The notes beneath the pieces were generated by a model. That model was given only the letters and a program-made list of their open reading frames with translations. It had not been told where the DNA came from and did not search any database. Of a stretch of DNA of 64,000 nucleotides, positions 9,147 through 19,372 are shown in pieces. The stretch comes from Vicinamibacteria bacterium (lineage in GTDB: Bacteria > Acidobacteriota > Vicinamibacteria > Marinacidobacterales > Marinacidobacteraceae), in contig OZ241322.1 in the NCBI GenBank assembly GCA_965199715.1, forward strand, positions 1,536,001-1,600,000. The letters are read 5' to 3'. The number at the start of each line of letters is the position of its first letter. The first letter of the stretch is position 1. The translations under genes were made by a program, and so were the position numbers.

Positions 9147-11689
9147 ATGGCACGGAGCTTGCGCCCGCCCGCCCGCCCGCCCGTTCTAGGTCTCGAGGCC
9201 GGAAATTAGAAAGCTACGTCCATGAAGGGGCGGAGCGCCTCAACGCCCCGCCGGTCGGACTTGTCACCGCGGATACCGATTTTGCGCCGGAGCGGAAACG
9301 CTGGGATCACGACCCGCATCTCGACCCCACGCTCCAGTGGGCGGGCAAGGTTGAAGGAACCTCATTCGAGATTCCAACCGTCTCGCTGCACGTGCACGAG
9401 CGGATAGACCCCCGGACGATCATCGAGGCGGTACGCCGCCAACCGGAACCGGCTCAACAGTCCCTGTTCCAGTCAAGCCTGCCGCTGCGGCAGGCGATTG
9501 ACTTCTACGGTCACCGGGACGACTGGAGCAATCGGCTGATCGCGGGCGACAGCCTGCTGGTCATGAACAGCCTCCTCGAGAAGGAGGGCATGGGCGGCAA
9601 GGTCCAGATGGTCTATGTGGACCCGCCGTATGGGATCAAGTACGGCTCCAACTTCCAGCCGTTCGTCAACAAGCGGGAAGTCACCGACAACGACCTGACC
9701 CGGGAGCCGGAGACGCTCAAGGCGTTCCGCGACACGTGGGAACTCGGCATCCACTCGTGGCTGACCTACCTCCGGGACCGCCTGCGCCTCGCCCGGGAAC
9801 TCCTCACCGAGTCCGGGAGCGTCTTCGTCCAGATCGGCGACGAGAACCTCGACCTCGTGCTCGGGCTCATGGGGGACGTGTTCGGACGTGAGAACCGCGT
9901 GGCCACGATCAGTTTTGTCAAGACCGGCGGCAGTTCCAGCAGCCGGTTACCCAAGGCCGCCGATTACCTCGCCTGGTTCGCCAAGAACATCAACAAGCTC
10001 AAGTACCGACAGATCTACGAGGAGTTGACTCGCGAGGAGACGGTTGAACTCTTCAGTTCCTACGCCATGGTGGAGAGGGATGGGCGCTCGCTCCCCCTGA
10101 CCAAGGAGGAGCGGCGAGAGCTGCCGACCGACGCTCGCATTTTCCGTCGGGAACGCCTCGTTTCGCCGGGCACTTCGACGACCGGGCGGTCCGCCCCCTA
10201 TCGATGGGACGGGGTCACCTACCCCTGTCCCGCGGGTCAGCAGTGGCGCGTATCGCCGGAAGGCATGAATCGGCTTGCGCAGCTCGGGCGGCTGACTTCG
10301 GTCGGAGCGGGTTCCGAGCTCTCGTGGAAACGGTACGAGAGCGAAGTTCCCGGGCGCCGCCTCCACAACATCTGGCCGGACCAGATGTCTGCCCCGGGCC
10401 CGCGTTACGTCGTCGAGACGTACACCAAGGTCATCCAGCGATGCCTGCTGATGACCACCGACCCCGGCGATCTCGCGCTCGACATCACCTGCGGTTCCGG
10501 TGTCACCGCCTTCGTCGCCGAGCAATGGGGCCGCCGCTGGATCACCTGCGACACGTCGCGGGTCGCGGTCACGCTCGCCCGCCAGCGGCTCATGGCCGCG
10601 CACTTCGACTATTACAAGCTGGCCCATCCGGACGAGGGCGTGGGTAGCGGCTTCGAGTACCACTCGGTCCCGAAGGTCTCCGCCGGCAGCCTCGCCTATG
10701 ACCGCAACGAGGTCACTACCCTCTACGACCGGCCTCACATCGACAGGAAGAAGGTCCGGGTCACCGGCCCCTTTACCGTCGAAGCCGTCCCGGCCCCGAC
10801 CGTTCGTTCGCTGGACGAGTCCGACCCGCAGCCCGCCGACGCCTCGGTGGGCCGCAGCGGCGCCACCGTGCGCGAGGCCGACTGGCGCGACGAGCTGTTG
10901 CGCACCGGCATTCGCGGACGCGGCGGCCACAAGCTGCGGTTCTCCCGGCTGGAGCCGCTGGGAGCGCGGTGGCTCCACGCCGATGGCGAGACGCTCGCCG
11001 AGGACGAGCCGGCCCAGATGGCCGCCGAACCGGCGGCGTCCTTCGATTCCGAGCGGGTCGTCGTCTCCTTCGGCCCCGACCACGCGCCGCTGGACAGGAC
11101 CCAGGTCGAACTCGCCCGCGAGGAGGCCCTGAAGCTCGTCCCCCGTCCGAAGATCATCGTCTTCTGCGCCTTCCAGTTCGATCCCGAGGCCGCGAAGGAC
11201 ATCGACGAGACCCGCTGGGCCGGCGTGACGCTGCTCAAGGCGCAGATGAACGCGGATCTCCTGACCGAGGACCTGAAGCGCAAGCGCGCCGGCAACGAGA
11301 GCTTCTGGCTGGTCGGCCAGCCCGACGCGGACGTGGAGGAGCTTGACGACGGCGAGGTCCGGGTGACCGTCCGGGGCTTCGATTACTTCGATGTCCGCTC
11401 CGGCGAGTTGGATTCGGGCGGCCCCGATCGAATCGCGATCTGGATGCTCGACCCCGACTACGACGGGCGCAGCCTCTTCCCCTGGCAGGCGTTCTTTCCG
11501 CAGGCCGACGCGAAGGGCGGTTGGGCGCGGCTCGCGAAGTCGCTCAACGCCGAGATCGACCCCGACCGAATCGAGGCGTACCGGGGCACGGTCTCGCTTC
11601 CGTTCAAACCCGGCAAGCACCGCCGGGCGGCGGTCAAGATCGTGGACGACCGCGGGATCGAGAGCCTGAAGCTGCTGGACCTGCCGTGA
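9147..11689 (+). CDS. mod: type III R-M DNA methyltransferase Mod, frameshifted at the (GCCC)5 tract (ORF track starts it at internal GTG 9392)
   Basis: DPPYG motif IV precedes DITCGSG motif I (beta class); Mod-like N-terminus LESYVHE..NAPPVGLV..DPHLDPTLQWAGK is in frame from about 9182 but has no in-frame start; ATG 9147 frame stops at TAG 9207. Confidence 0.85.
9163..9182 (+). repeat. (GCCC)5 tetranucleotide simple sequence repeat at the 5' end of mod
   Basis: five perfect GCCC units between ATG 9147 and the conserved Mod N-terminus. Confidence 0.9.
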
Positions 11690-14364
11690 CCCGCAAGCGG
11701 GCGATCGACGAACTCATCATCGCCTCGGCGTGGAGCGCCCCGACCGAGCACTGGCGGTACGACCGCGACGAGCGGACGTTCGAGCGCAACGCCGGGCGCC
11801 GTCCGGCGGGCTACCACGTGGCAGCCGAGACCGACGATCCCCACGATCCGGGAAGGTTCGTCGAGCTTCCGCTCGTGAACGCGATCCGCAAGCGCGTGGC
11901 CGACTGGCGCGACGCCGGCTGGCCGGGAACCACCGGGACCACCCGGCGGCTGCTGGAGCACTGGCGCCGTCCCGAGCGCGATCCGCGTCTTTTCTTCTGT
12001 CAGCTCGAGGCCGCCGAAACCCTGATCTGGCACGCCGAGGCCCCCGAGACCGCCCGCACCGGCATCCACGTCCCCGGCGACGGCGGGCCGTTTCCGCGCC
12101 TGTGCTCCAAGATGGCCACCGGCACCGGCAAGACCGTGGTGATGGCCATGGCGATCGCCTGGCACGTCCTGAACCGGATCGCCTCGCCGAGGGACCCGCG
12201 CTTCTCCCGCAACGTGCTCGTCATGGCCCCGGGCCTGACGGTGCGCGATCGGCTTCGGGTGCTCGATCCGTCCGCTTCCGGCAACTACTACGCGGAGTTC
12301 GACCTGGTGCCGTCGGCGCTGCGCGAGCGGCTCCGGCGCGGCCGGGTGGTCGTGCGTAACTGGCACTCGCTGGACGTGAAACCCAAGCAGGCGAAGAGCG
12401 TGGACAAGCGCGGCCCGAAGAGCGACGCGGCGTGGGTGCGGGACGTTCTCGGAGAGATGGCGCGGGAGAAGCGCATCCTCGTCGTCAACGACGAGGCGCA
12501 CCACGCCTGGCGGCTCCCCGAGGGCGCGAAGGCGAAAAAGACGCTCGTGGACCAGACGAAGTGGATCGGCGCGCTGGACCGCCTGCACCGCGTCCGGGGC
12601 GTGCTCGGCTGCCTCGACTTCTCGGCGACTCCCTTCACGCCGGCGCTCTCGAACCGCAGCGAGGCGCTCTTCGCCTGGACGGTCAGCGACTTCGGCCTCA
12701 ACGACGCCATCGAGTCCGGCCTCGTCAAGACGCCGCGGGTCGTCGTCAAGGACGACGCCTCGACCGACCGCTCGCGCCTCTTCCACATCTACAAGGACGA
12801 CGAGGTCAAGGAGGACCTGAACCGGAGGTCGCAGCCGGGAGACCCGCTCCCGGACCTGGTGCTGAACGCCTACGACCTGCTCGGCCACGACTGGGACCGC
12901 ACGCGGCGCAAGTGGGAGGAGCTCGGGCACGCGACCCGGCCGGTGCTCATCACGGTCGCGAACCGCACTGAGACGGCGGCTCGCATCAAGCGCGCCTTCG
13001 ATGCCGGCAAGGTCCGGATCGCCGCGCTCAAGGACCCGGGCCGGACGCTCCACATCGACTCGAAGGTGCTCGAGGCCGCCGAGAAAGTGGAGGGCGTCCG
13101 CTCCGGGAACGCCAACCAGAAGGAGCGCGCCGAGAAGCTGCGCCGGCAGGTGGACACCGTCGGCAAGCCGGGCGCGCCCGGCGAGCGCATCCAGAACGTG
13201 ATCTCGGTGGACATGCTCTCCGAGGGCTGGGACGCACGGACGGTGACCCACATCATGGGCCTGCGGGCGTTCACGAGCCAGCTTCTCTGCGAGCAGGCGG
13301 TCGGGCGGGGGCTGCGGCGGATCTCGTGGGACGTGGACAAGGAGACGAGACGGTTCGCCCCGGAGTACGTGAACGTCTTCGGGATCCCGTTTCCGTTCCT
13401 GCCGCACGAGGAGGACGGTCCCGAGCCGCCGCCGCCAAAGCCGAGGCGCATGGTGGCGACGGTTCCGGGCCGGGAGCGCTTTCGAATCGCGTGGCCGAAC
13501 GTCGTCCGGGTCGCGCCTTCCTATCGACCCCTGCTGTCGCTCGGCGACTTCGAGCCGCTGGAGCTCGACGCGGCGAAGACGGCGCGGGCCGCCGAACTGG
13601 CGGAGATCGTGGACGGCGTTCCCGACGAAGAGCGGCTCAGCCGGATCGAACTCGCGCCGGAGCCACGTTTTCAGCAGGTTCTGTTCGAGGCCGCCGCCGA
13701 CGTGTACGCACGGATCCAGCCCGACTGGCGAGGGGAGCGGGGGGAGCTACTCGCTCAGGTCGCGCGGCTCGTCGAGCAGGCGCTTCGGCCGGACCGCATC
13801 CGGGTGGTCCCGGACCGCGGCGCCCGGTGGCGGAGGCTCGTCGTCACGTTCAACATGACGCGGATCGTCCAGCACCTCTGGCAGGCGATTCGCTTCGAGA
13901 GCGTGGAGCGGTTCGAGCTGGTGCTGGACCCCGACGAGCCGATGCGCTCGACCGGCGACATGGCGGCCTGGCACACGAGCCGGCCCTGCCACGAGTCGAA
14001 GCGGAGCCACGTCAACCTCTCCGTGTGCGACAGCGGCTGGGAGCGAACGGTGGCGGAGGCGCTCGATCGCAGCCCGGTCGTCGGGGCGTGGGTCACGAAC
14101 GACCACCTCGGGTTCGATATCGGATACATCCACAAGGGGGTGATGCGCAAGTACGTCCCCGACTTCCTGATCCGGTTGACGAACGGGCGACGTCTCGTGC
14201 TCGAAGTCAAGGGCGTGGACAGCCCGAAGGACCGGACCAAGCGCGAGTTCCTCGACGAGTGGGTCAAGGGGGTCAACGCCGACGGGCGGTTCGGCGAGTG
14301 GGCGTGGGACGTGCTGTTCGACCCGGACGAGATCGACGGGTTGCTGGCGCGGGCCGCCGCGTAG
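11686..14364 (+). CDS. res: type III restriction enzyme Res subunit
   Basis: MATGTGKT, NDEAHH, SATP, MLSEGWD, QAVGRGLR helicase motifs and C-terminal PDF..LEVKG nuclease; GTGA overlap with mod. Confidence 0.92.
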   Translation: MTRKRAIDELIIASAWSAPTEHWRYDRDERTFERNAGRRPAGYHVAAETDDPHDPGRFVELPLVNAIRKRVADWRDAGWPGTTGTTRRLLEHWRRPERDPRLFFCQLEAAETLIWHAEAPETARTGIHVPGDGGPFPRLCSKMATGTGKTVVMAMAIAWHVLNRIASPRDPRFSRNVLVMAPGLTVRDRLRVLDPSASGNYYAEFDLVPSALRERLRRGRVVVRNWHSLDVKPKQAKSVDKRGPKSDAAWVRDVLGEMAREKRILVVNDEAHHAWRLPEGAKAKKTLVDQTKWIGALDRLHRVRGVLGCLDFSATPFTPALSNRSEALFAWTVSDFGLNDAIESGLVKTPRVVVKDDASTDRSRLFHIYKDDEVKEDLNRRSQPGDPLPDLVLNAYDLLGHDWDRTRRKWEELGHATRPVLITVANRTETAARIKRAFDAGKVRIAALKDPGRTLHIDSKVLEAAEKVEGVRSGNANQKERAEKLRRQVDTVGKPGAPGERIQNVISVDMLSEGWDARTVTHIMGLRAFTSQLLCEQAVGRGLRRISWDVDKETRRFAPEYVNVFGIPFPFLPHEEDGPEPPPPKPRRMVATVPGRERFRIAWPNVVRVAPSYRPLLSLGDFEPLELDAAKTARAAELAEIVDGVPDEERLSRIELAPEPRFQQVLFEAAADVYARIQPDWRGERGELLAQVARLVEQALRPDRIRVVPDRGARWRRLVVTFNMTRIVQHLWQAIRFESVERFELVLDPDEPMRSTGDMAAWHTSRPCHESKRSHVNLSVCDSGWERTVAEALDRSPVVGAWVTNDHLGFDIGYIHKGVMRKYVPDFLIRLTNGRRLVLEVKGVDSPKDRTKREFLDEWVKGVNADGRFGEWAWDVLFDPDEIDGLLARAAA

Positions 14365-14366
14365 TC

Positions 14367-14507
14367 AGGCGGCCTTCGCCGACGATCACGACCCGCTGCC
14401 ACAGCGTGACCAACGGGCGCTTCGGGCACCCGGACCCCGAGCAGGTCCGCCGGATCTCGATGCGGGAGGCCGCCCGGCTGCGTTCCGCGACGACTACGTG
14501 TTCCATC
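14367..14507 (+). pseudogene. fragment of a C5 cytosine DNA methyltransferase (Dcm-like)
   Basis: PSPTITTRCHSVTNGRFGHP..ISMREAARL then frameshifted DDYVF, matching the TRD/motif IX region; no start or N-terminal motifs. Confidence 0.75.
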
Positions 14508-14679
14508 CGGTGCGTCCGTGAACTCCGCCACGTAAGGGCGCGGCTGGTTGTCGCCCAACCACGCGGGCTCCAGGCGGGGAGACGTTTCGCAGGCGCGAGG
14601 TGGGAGTTGTCGCTACCGAGGGTCAGGATTCGTCAGTGCTCCCCGGACGGTCCGCGCGTGCTGGGCAGTCCACTGGCCC

Positions 14680-17600
14680 CTACTCCTCCTCCGGGTCGGG
14701 AGGACGCGCGCGGTCCATCCGGATCGACGTTCCGCCGAAGAACGCGCTCGACGTGCGCTTGACCTCATGCTCGCCGTCCAGCAGGTACTGCAGGATCGCC
14801 TGGTCCCACGCGAGTCCCGCCGATGCGACCGTCACCATCCAGTCGCCGCGCGCCGGTTCGTCGGGGGCTTCGGTGCCGCCTGACCAGATCGTGATCTTCG
14901 GGTCGTACCCGCCGAAGCCGCCGCCGTCGCCCGGCTGGGCGCGCTGACCCTTGATCGGCATCTGGATGTTCACGCCGTTGTGGAGGTCCATCCGGAACAC
15001 GTCGGGATCGAGGTCCATGCCGTAGCGCCGGTATCGGTCGTAGTTGCGCTCGTTCATGGCCCGGACGATGTCCGTGTCCTGGATCGCGTTCGTGATGTAG
15101 CGCCGGATCTTGAGGTGCTCCTCCTTGTGGCGGGGCAGCTCGGGATCGTCCACGAACATGAATCCGGGCATGAACCAGCCCTTGTTCATGCCCCAGTTGC
15201 GCTCGGTGCGGCGCCCGGCGCGGACGAGGCCGCTGAACTCGCTGAAGAGCTGCACGAGCTGGTGCGCCGGATACCCGTGCGGGTTCAGGAACACGTCCGG
15301 CAGCCACATCCGCCAGAGCCGGGGCCGCACCCCGGCCTCGGGGTACAGCGGCATCGGATCGCCCGCTCCCGACGTGGAGTCGATCCCGAGCGAGCCCCAG
15401 TACCCGGCGTGGAGGATGTGCTCCGGATTCACCTGATGCATGTCCCACGCGAGCCGCGCGCCGTCGGGGTTCTGGACCGGATGCACGATCACGTTCACCC
15501 GATCCAGCTTCTTCCGCTCCTCGGGGTCGGTCAGCAGCAGTTCCGCAAGCCGCAGTACGTGCGACGTCGAGGAGACCTCGTTCGCGTGCTGGCGGGCGCT
15601 GTACAGGATGGTCGGCTTCAGCAGGCTCGCCTTCCGCCGGGACCAGTGGCTCGCCTCCATCGGCGGCATGAGATCCATCGCCCAGACCGGCTTGCCGAGG
15701 TAGCTCTCGCCGATCCGATACACGGTCGCCTCGGGGTAGTCGGCCATCCGGGCGAGGATCCCGAGCGCCTCCGTCGGCGCGATCGGCGTATCCCATTGGA
15801 CGAGGCGCTCGTCGTCGCCGGTCTCGCCCCGAAACGCCGTGACGTCCGGCGGGGGCGGCGCCTGCCCGTTCGCGGCCAGCGTCGCCGTCCGCTCGTCGCC
15901 GGGCTCCCACGTCCACGAGGCCGCGAGCTCCAGTTCGCCGAGGCCGGCGAAGGCCAGTTCGTCAGCGTAGAGGCCCGCCGCGCGCAGCTCGCCCAGCAGC
16001 TCCAGCGTCCGCGTCGCCTGCGCCGCCGAGAGGATGCGCTCGTCGGCGCGGTCCTCGCCGTGGCGGGCGACGTAGTACGCCCGCTCGTCGGCGTCGGTGT
16101 CCACCTTCACCGCGAGTCGAAGCGCGGCCACGCCCGCCTCGCCGGCGCGGACCCGGGCGGCGACCGCCGACGGGCGCTCCACCTCGACGTTCGGGAGGTT
16201 GCGCCGCACCGATCCGGCGCGCCCGTCCTCCGTCACGTAATCCACGACGATCGCGGGGCGGCCGGTGCGGAACCCGGTGAGCCGGATCTTCGCGGTTCCG
16301 GGCGTGCCGTCGGTCTTCGGATGCATCCACGGGAGGACCCGGCCCGACCACGTCAGCTCGGTCCCGAGCGAGTTGCGCCCGATGTGCCGCATCAGGCTGT
16401 GGGTGACGAAGTAGATGTCCTCGTGAAGCGCGTCGTGGGTGGACTCGATCTCGCGCTCGACCCCGAGCAGTCGTTCGGGTTCCGACAGCGACAGGTCCAC
16501 CCGCAGTTCCCCGAAGAAGGGAGCGTCCACCGGCCCGCGGGGCTTGCCCTGGTGGACCTCCATGACGTGGTCGTAAAGACGCGCCAGCGTGTCCGACTGG
16601 AAGTGGTCCCAGAACGCCTCGGCGTCGGTGCGGATGCGCTCGTCCACGATCTCGCGCCCGTCGATCTCGGCGCGGAGGCTCCCGGTCGTCACTTGGACCA
16701 GCTCGTAATCGGGATAGCGGTCGAAGAACGGCCGGGTCACGAGGCGCGGCTCGAAGGTCTCGTTCAACAACACCTCCCCGTCGGCCCCCTCGGCCACGAC
16801 CTGGTACGCCGGCGCGTCCGGCTCGGTGCGCATCTCGTAGCCCACGTCGTCGAGACCCAGCCCGAGCGCCTCGACCAGGATCTCGTCCGCGGGGAACATC
16901 GCGTGCTGCCAGCGCAGCGGCGTGTGCATCGCCTGCTGCGGCCACTCCGGCGGCGGCCGGTGCTCCCGGAACAGGAGCCGCACCCGCGCCGGGCGAAGCT
17001 CGATCAGCCGCGGCAGCAGCGCCTCCTCGATCCAGCCGTAGCCCTGCCGGAACGCCGACAGGACCACGACGTCGGCCTCGCCGCCGCGCGCCTCGATCTC
17101 GCCGCGAAGCTCGTCGCGAAGCCGCTCCCGCACCTCGCGCGGCTCGCTCAGGATCGCCTCGACCCGAACCGGGTCGCCCGGCCCGACCTCGGGCAGCACC
17201 CGCTCCTCGACGAGCGCCCGGAAAGCGTCCACCTCGAAGGGAACCGAGAACTCCTCCTCGTGGAGAATCCGCGCCCGCTCCACGTTCCGGTCGTCCAGCT
17301 CCACGGTCGCGGCCCCGAGGCCGAGCCGCTCGGCCGCCGCCCGAAGGAAGTCGTCCAGCCCCGGAGCCGGATCCTTCACCGACACGAGGATGCGCGACTC
17401 CCGGACGCCGAGGTGGGCGATTTCGGCGGCGATCCGCTCCAGCTTGTAGGCGGCGGTCGCCGCCTGGCCGCCCGGCGTCCGCGCCGAGAGGAACTTCCAC
17501 GCCGCGAACTCGACCGCGTCCGCCGTGGGATGGTCCGTCCCCCGGTTCGCCTCGTCGAGGTGCGGGAACGCGACCGCGGTCTGCCGCAGCGCCCGCGCCA

Positions 17601-18594
17601 GCCCGTCCCGGTCGCCCCCGGTCACGACCAGCGTCGGCTTGTCGTCGCGAGAAGCGACGCCGACCCAGCCCTCGCCCGGCCCGAGAGCCGGTACGTCGAG
17701 GTCCGCGAGCAGCGGGTTCCCTTCCGCCGTTCCCACGACGACCGCGGCGCCTTCGGGTTCCTCAGCCGAGACCGGAAACGTCAGGCCCGCGGACTCGAGC
17801 CCCAGCCGGGTCGCGAGCGCGAGGACTCCTTCCGGATCCTCGGCGGAGACCGAGAGCTGCGCGTCCAGCCGGTCGGGGATGCGGTCGCCGTTCGAGTCGC
17901 CGAGCAGCCCGTCCGGCTGGTAGAGAACCGACAGGTCGAGGTCGTCCTTCGACCCGGTCCCCGGGCGCGCCGGGATCGGCCCCGGCTCGGGCGCCGGCGG
18001 ATCGTGGGCGAACTCGGCGCGGGAGTCGCCGGCGGTGACGACGAGCGTCCGCAAGCCGTCGAAGCGGAGCTCGTCGGGAATCGCGTCGGCTGCGACCTCG
18101 GCCAGCGCGAGCGCGTCGGCCCCGGCCTCCACCTCGACGCGAATCACCCGCGCGCCGTCCCCGACCGCCGCCTCCACGTCGGCGAGCGAATCCCCTTCGA
18201 CCCCGAAGACGTGCGGCGCCCGGGCGGCGAGCCAGTGCGCCGCGGCGGCGAGACCCGCGGCGTCGCCCCCGGTCACCCGCACGCCGTCGTCGAGCGAGAC
18301 CTCCCCGCGCCCGGCGGGCAGGTCGCCGAGACCGACGCGGATCAAGACCTCGGCGGTCTCGGGAAGCGGCAGGTCCGCCGCGAGCGTCTCGAACCCGAGC
18401 CGGGCCGCGATCTCGGCGCCGGCGGCGACCTCGGCGGCGCTCGCCCCGTCGGCCAGAACCACGCGGGCGCGCAGCCGGTCGGGGACGCCGTCGCCGTTTT
18501 CGTCCGCGACGGCGGCCTCATAGAGGGTCGCGAGCGAGTCCGGTTGGGCCAGCGCGGCCCCCGGCGTCAGCAGAAGGACGAGAACGAGACGCAT
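14680..18594 (-). CDS. large secreted M14 zinc carboxypeptidase with duplicated N-terminal domains
   Basis: signal peptide MRLVLVLLLTPGAALA; ARQHANE, NPDG, LNPHG motifs; TAGAAT 7 nt upstream of ATG. Confidence 0.82.
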   Translation of the reverse strand: MRLVLVLLLTPGAALAQPDSLATLYEAAVADENGDGVPDRLRARVVLADGASAAEVAAGAEIAARLGFETLAADLPLPETAEVLIRVGLGDLPAGRGEVSLDDGVRVTGGDAAGLAAAAHWLAARAPHVFGVEGDSLADVEAAVGDGARVIRVEVEAGADALALAEVAADAIPDELRFDGLRTLVVTAGDSRAEFAHDPPAPEPGPIPARPGTGSKDDLDLSVLYQPDGLLGDSNGDRIPDRLDAQLSVSAEDPEGVLALATRLGLESAGLTFPVSAEEPEGAAVVVGTAEGNPLLADLDVPALGPGEGWVGVASRDDKPTLVVTGGDRDGLARALRQTAVAFPHLDEANRGTDHPTADAVEFAAWKFLSARTPGGQAATAAYKLERIAAEIAHLGVRESRILVSVKDPAPGLDDFLRAAAERLGLGAATVELDDRNVERARILHEEEFSVPFEVDAFRALVEERVLPEVGPGDPVRVEAILSEPREVRERLRDELRGEIEARGGEADVVVLSAFRQGYGWIEEALLPRLIELRPARVRLLFREHRPPPEWPQQAMHTPLRWQHAMFPADEILVEALGLGLDDVGYEMRTEPDAPAYQVVAEGADGEVLLNETFEPRLVTRPFFDRYPDYELVQVTTGSLRAEIDGREIVDERIRTDAEAFWDHFQSDTLARLYDHVMEVHQGKPRGPVDAPFFGELRVDLSLSEPERLLGVEREIESTHDALHEDIYFVTHSLMRHIGRNSLGTELTWSGRVLPWMHPKTDGTPGTAKIRLTGFRTGRPAIVVDYVTEDGRAGSVRRNLPNVEVERPSAVAARVRAGEAGVAALRLAVKVDTDADERAYYVARHGEDRADERILSAAQATRTLELLGELRAAGLYADELAFAGLGELELAASWTWEPGDERTATLAANGQAPPPPDVTAFRGETGDDERLVQWDTPIAPTEALGILARMADYPEATVYRIGESYLGKPVWAMDLMPPMEASHWSRRKASLLKPTILYSARQHANEVSSTSHVLRLAELLLTDPEERKKLDRVNVIVHPVQNPDGARLAWDMHQVNPEHILHAGYWGSLGIDSTSGAGDPMPLYPEAGVRPRLWRMWLPDVFLNPHGYPAHQLVQLFSEFSGLVRAGRRTERNWGMNKGWFMPGFMFVDDPELPRHKEEHLKIRRYITNAIQDTDIVRAMNERNYDRYRRYGMDLDPDVFRMDLHNGVNIQMPIKGQRAQPGDGGGFGGYDPKITIWSGGTEAPDEPARGDWMVTVASAGLAWDQAILQYLLDGEHEVKRTSSAFFGGTSIRMDRARPPDPEEE

Positions 18595-18604
18595 GAACCG
18601 GATT

Positions 18605-19372
18605 CTATGGATCGAGCGGGCCCTCCACAGCGACGCGAGTTCCGCGGACGTCCGCGCGGACTTCGTGCACCTCGGCGAGGCGCTCCCGGGTGAGCGTCTC
18701 CCCGGGCGATCCGTCGGCGACGAGCCGGCCCTCGCGCATCCACAGCAGGCGGTCGGCGTAGCGGGCGGCGAGATCCAGATCATGCAGCACGGCGAGCGCC
18801 CCGCCGCCCGCGTCCACGAAGCGGCGCAGCAGCCGCATCACCCGGTGCTGGTGGAGCGGGTCCAGCGCCGCGACCGGCTCGTCGGCCAGAAGCAGCGGCG
18901 TTCCCGCGGCGAAGGCGCGGGCCACGTGCATGCGGGCGGTCTCGCCGCCCGACAGCGTGTCCGCGGCGCGGTCGGCGAGGCCCTCGAGGTCCGCGTCCCG
19001 CAGCGCTCGCTCGGTCGCGGCGCGGTCCTCGGGTCCGAGCCGGGCCGGGGAGCCGCCGAACGCGAACCGCCCGAGCGCCACCACGTCCCGGACGCGGTTG
19101 GGCCACGCGAGCGGGCGCTGCTGCGGCAGGTAGGCCACGCGGCGGGCGCGCTCCTCCGGGCGGAAGCGGAAGACGTCGCGCCCGTCCAGCCGCGCCGTTC
19201 CGGCGGCCGGGCGGATCATCCCGAGCGCGGCCCGCAGCAGCGTCGTCTTGCCCGCGCCGTTCGGGCCGACCAGCGCGGCGAGTTCGCCGGCGCCGAGGTC
19301 GAGCCCGACCCCGTCGAGGATGGTCCGCCCGCCGGCCCGGACGCGGAGGTTCCGGACCGAGAGCAACCTCAC
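18605..19372 (-). CDS. iron-chelate/cobalamin-type ABC ATP-binding protein (FecE/HmuV-like)
   Basis: GPNGAGKT, LSGGE, LLADEP, LHDL; GTGA overlap with upstream gene. Confidence 0.88.
   Translation of the reverse strand: MRLLSVRNLRVRAGGRTILDGVGLDLGAGELAALVGPNGAGKTTLLRAALGMIRPAAGTARLDGRDVFRFRPEERARRVAYLPQQRPLAWPNRVRDVVALGRFAFGGSPARLGPEDRAATERALRDADLEGLADRAADTLSGGETARMHVARAFAAGTPLLLADEPVAALDPLHQHRVMRLLRRFVDAGGGALAVLHDLDLAARYADRLLWMREGRLVADGSPGETLTRERLAEVHEVRADVRGTRVAVEGPLDP

Noticed and set aside
9392-9394. GTG as the true mod start
   Set aside because: It would cut off about 60 Mod-like N-terminal residues that are in frame upstream, and it has no SD
9222-9407. 61-aa ORF upstream of mod as a separate gene
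   Set aside because: It lies over the Mod N-terminal coding segment in another frame and has no features of its own
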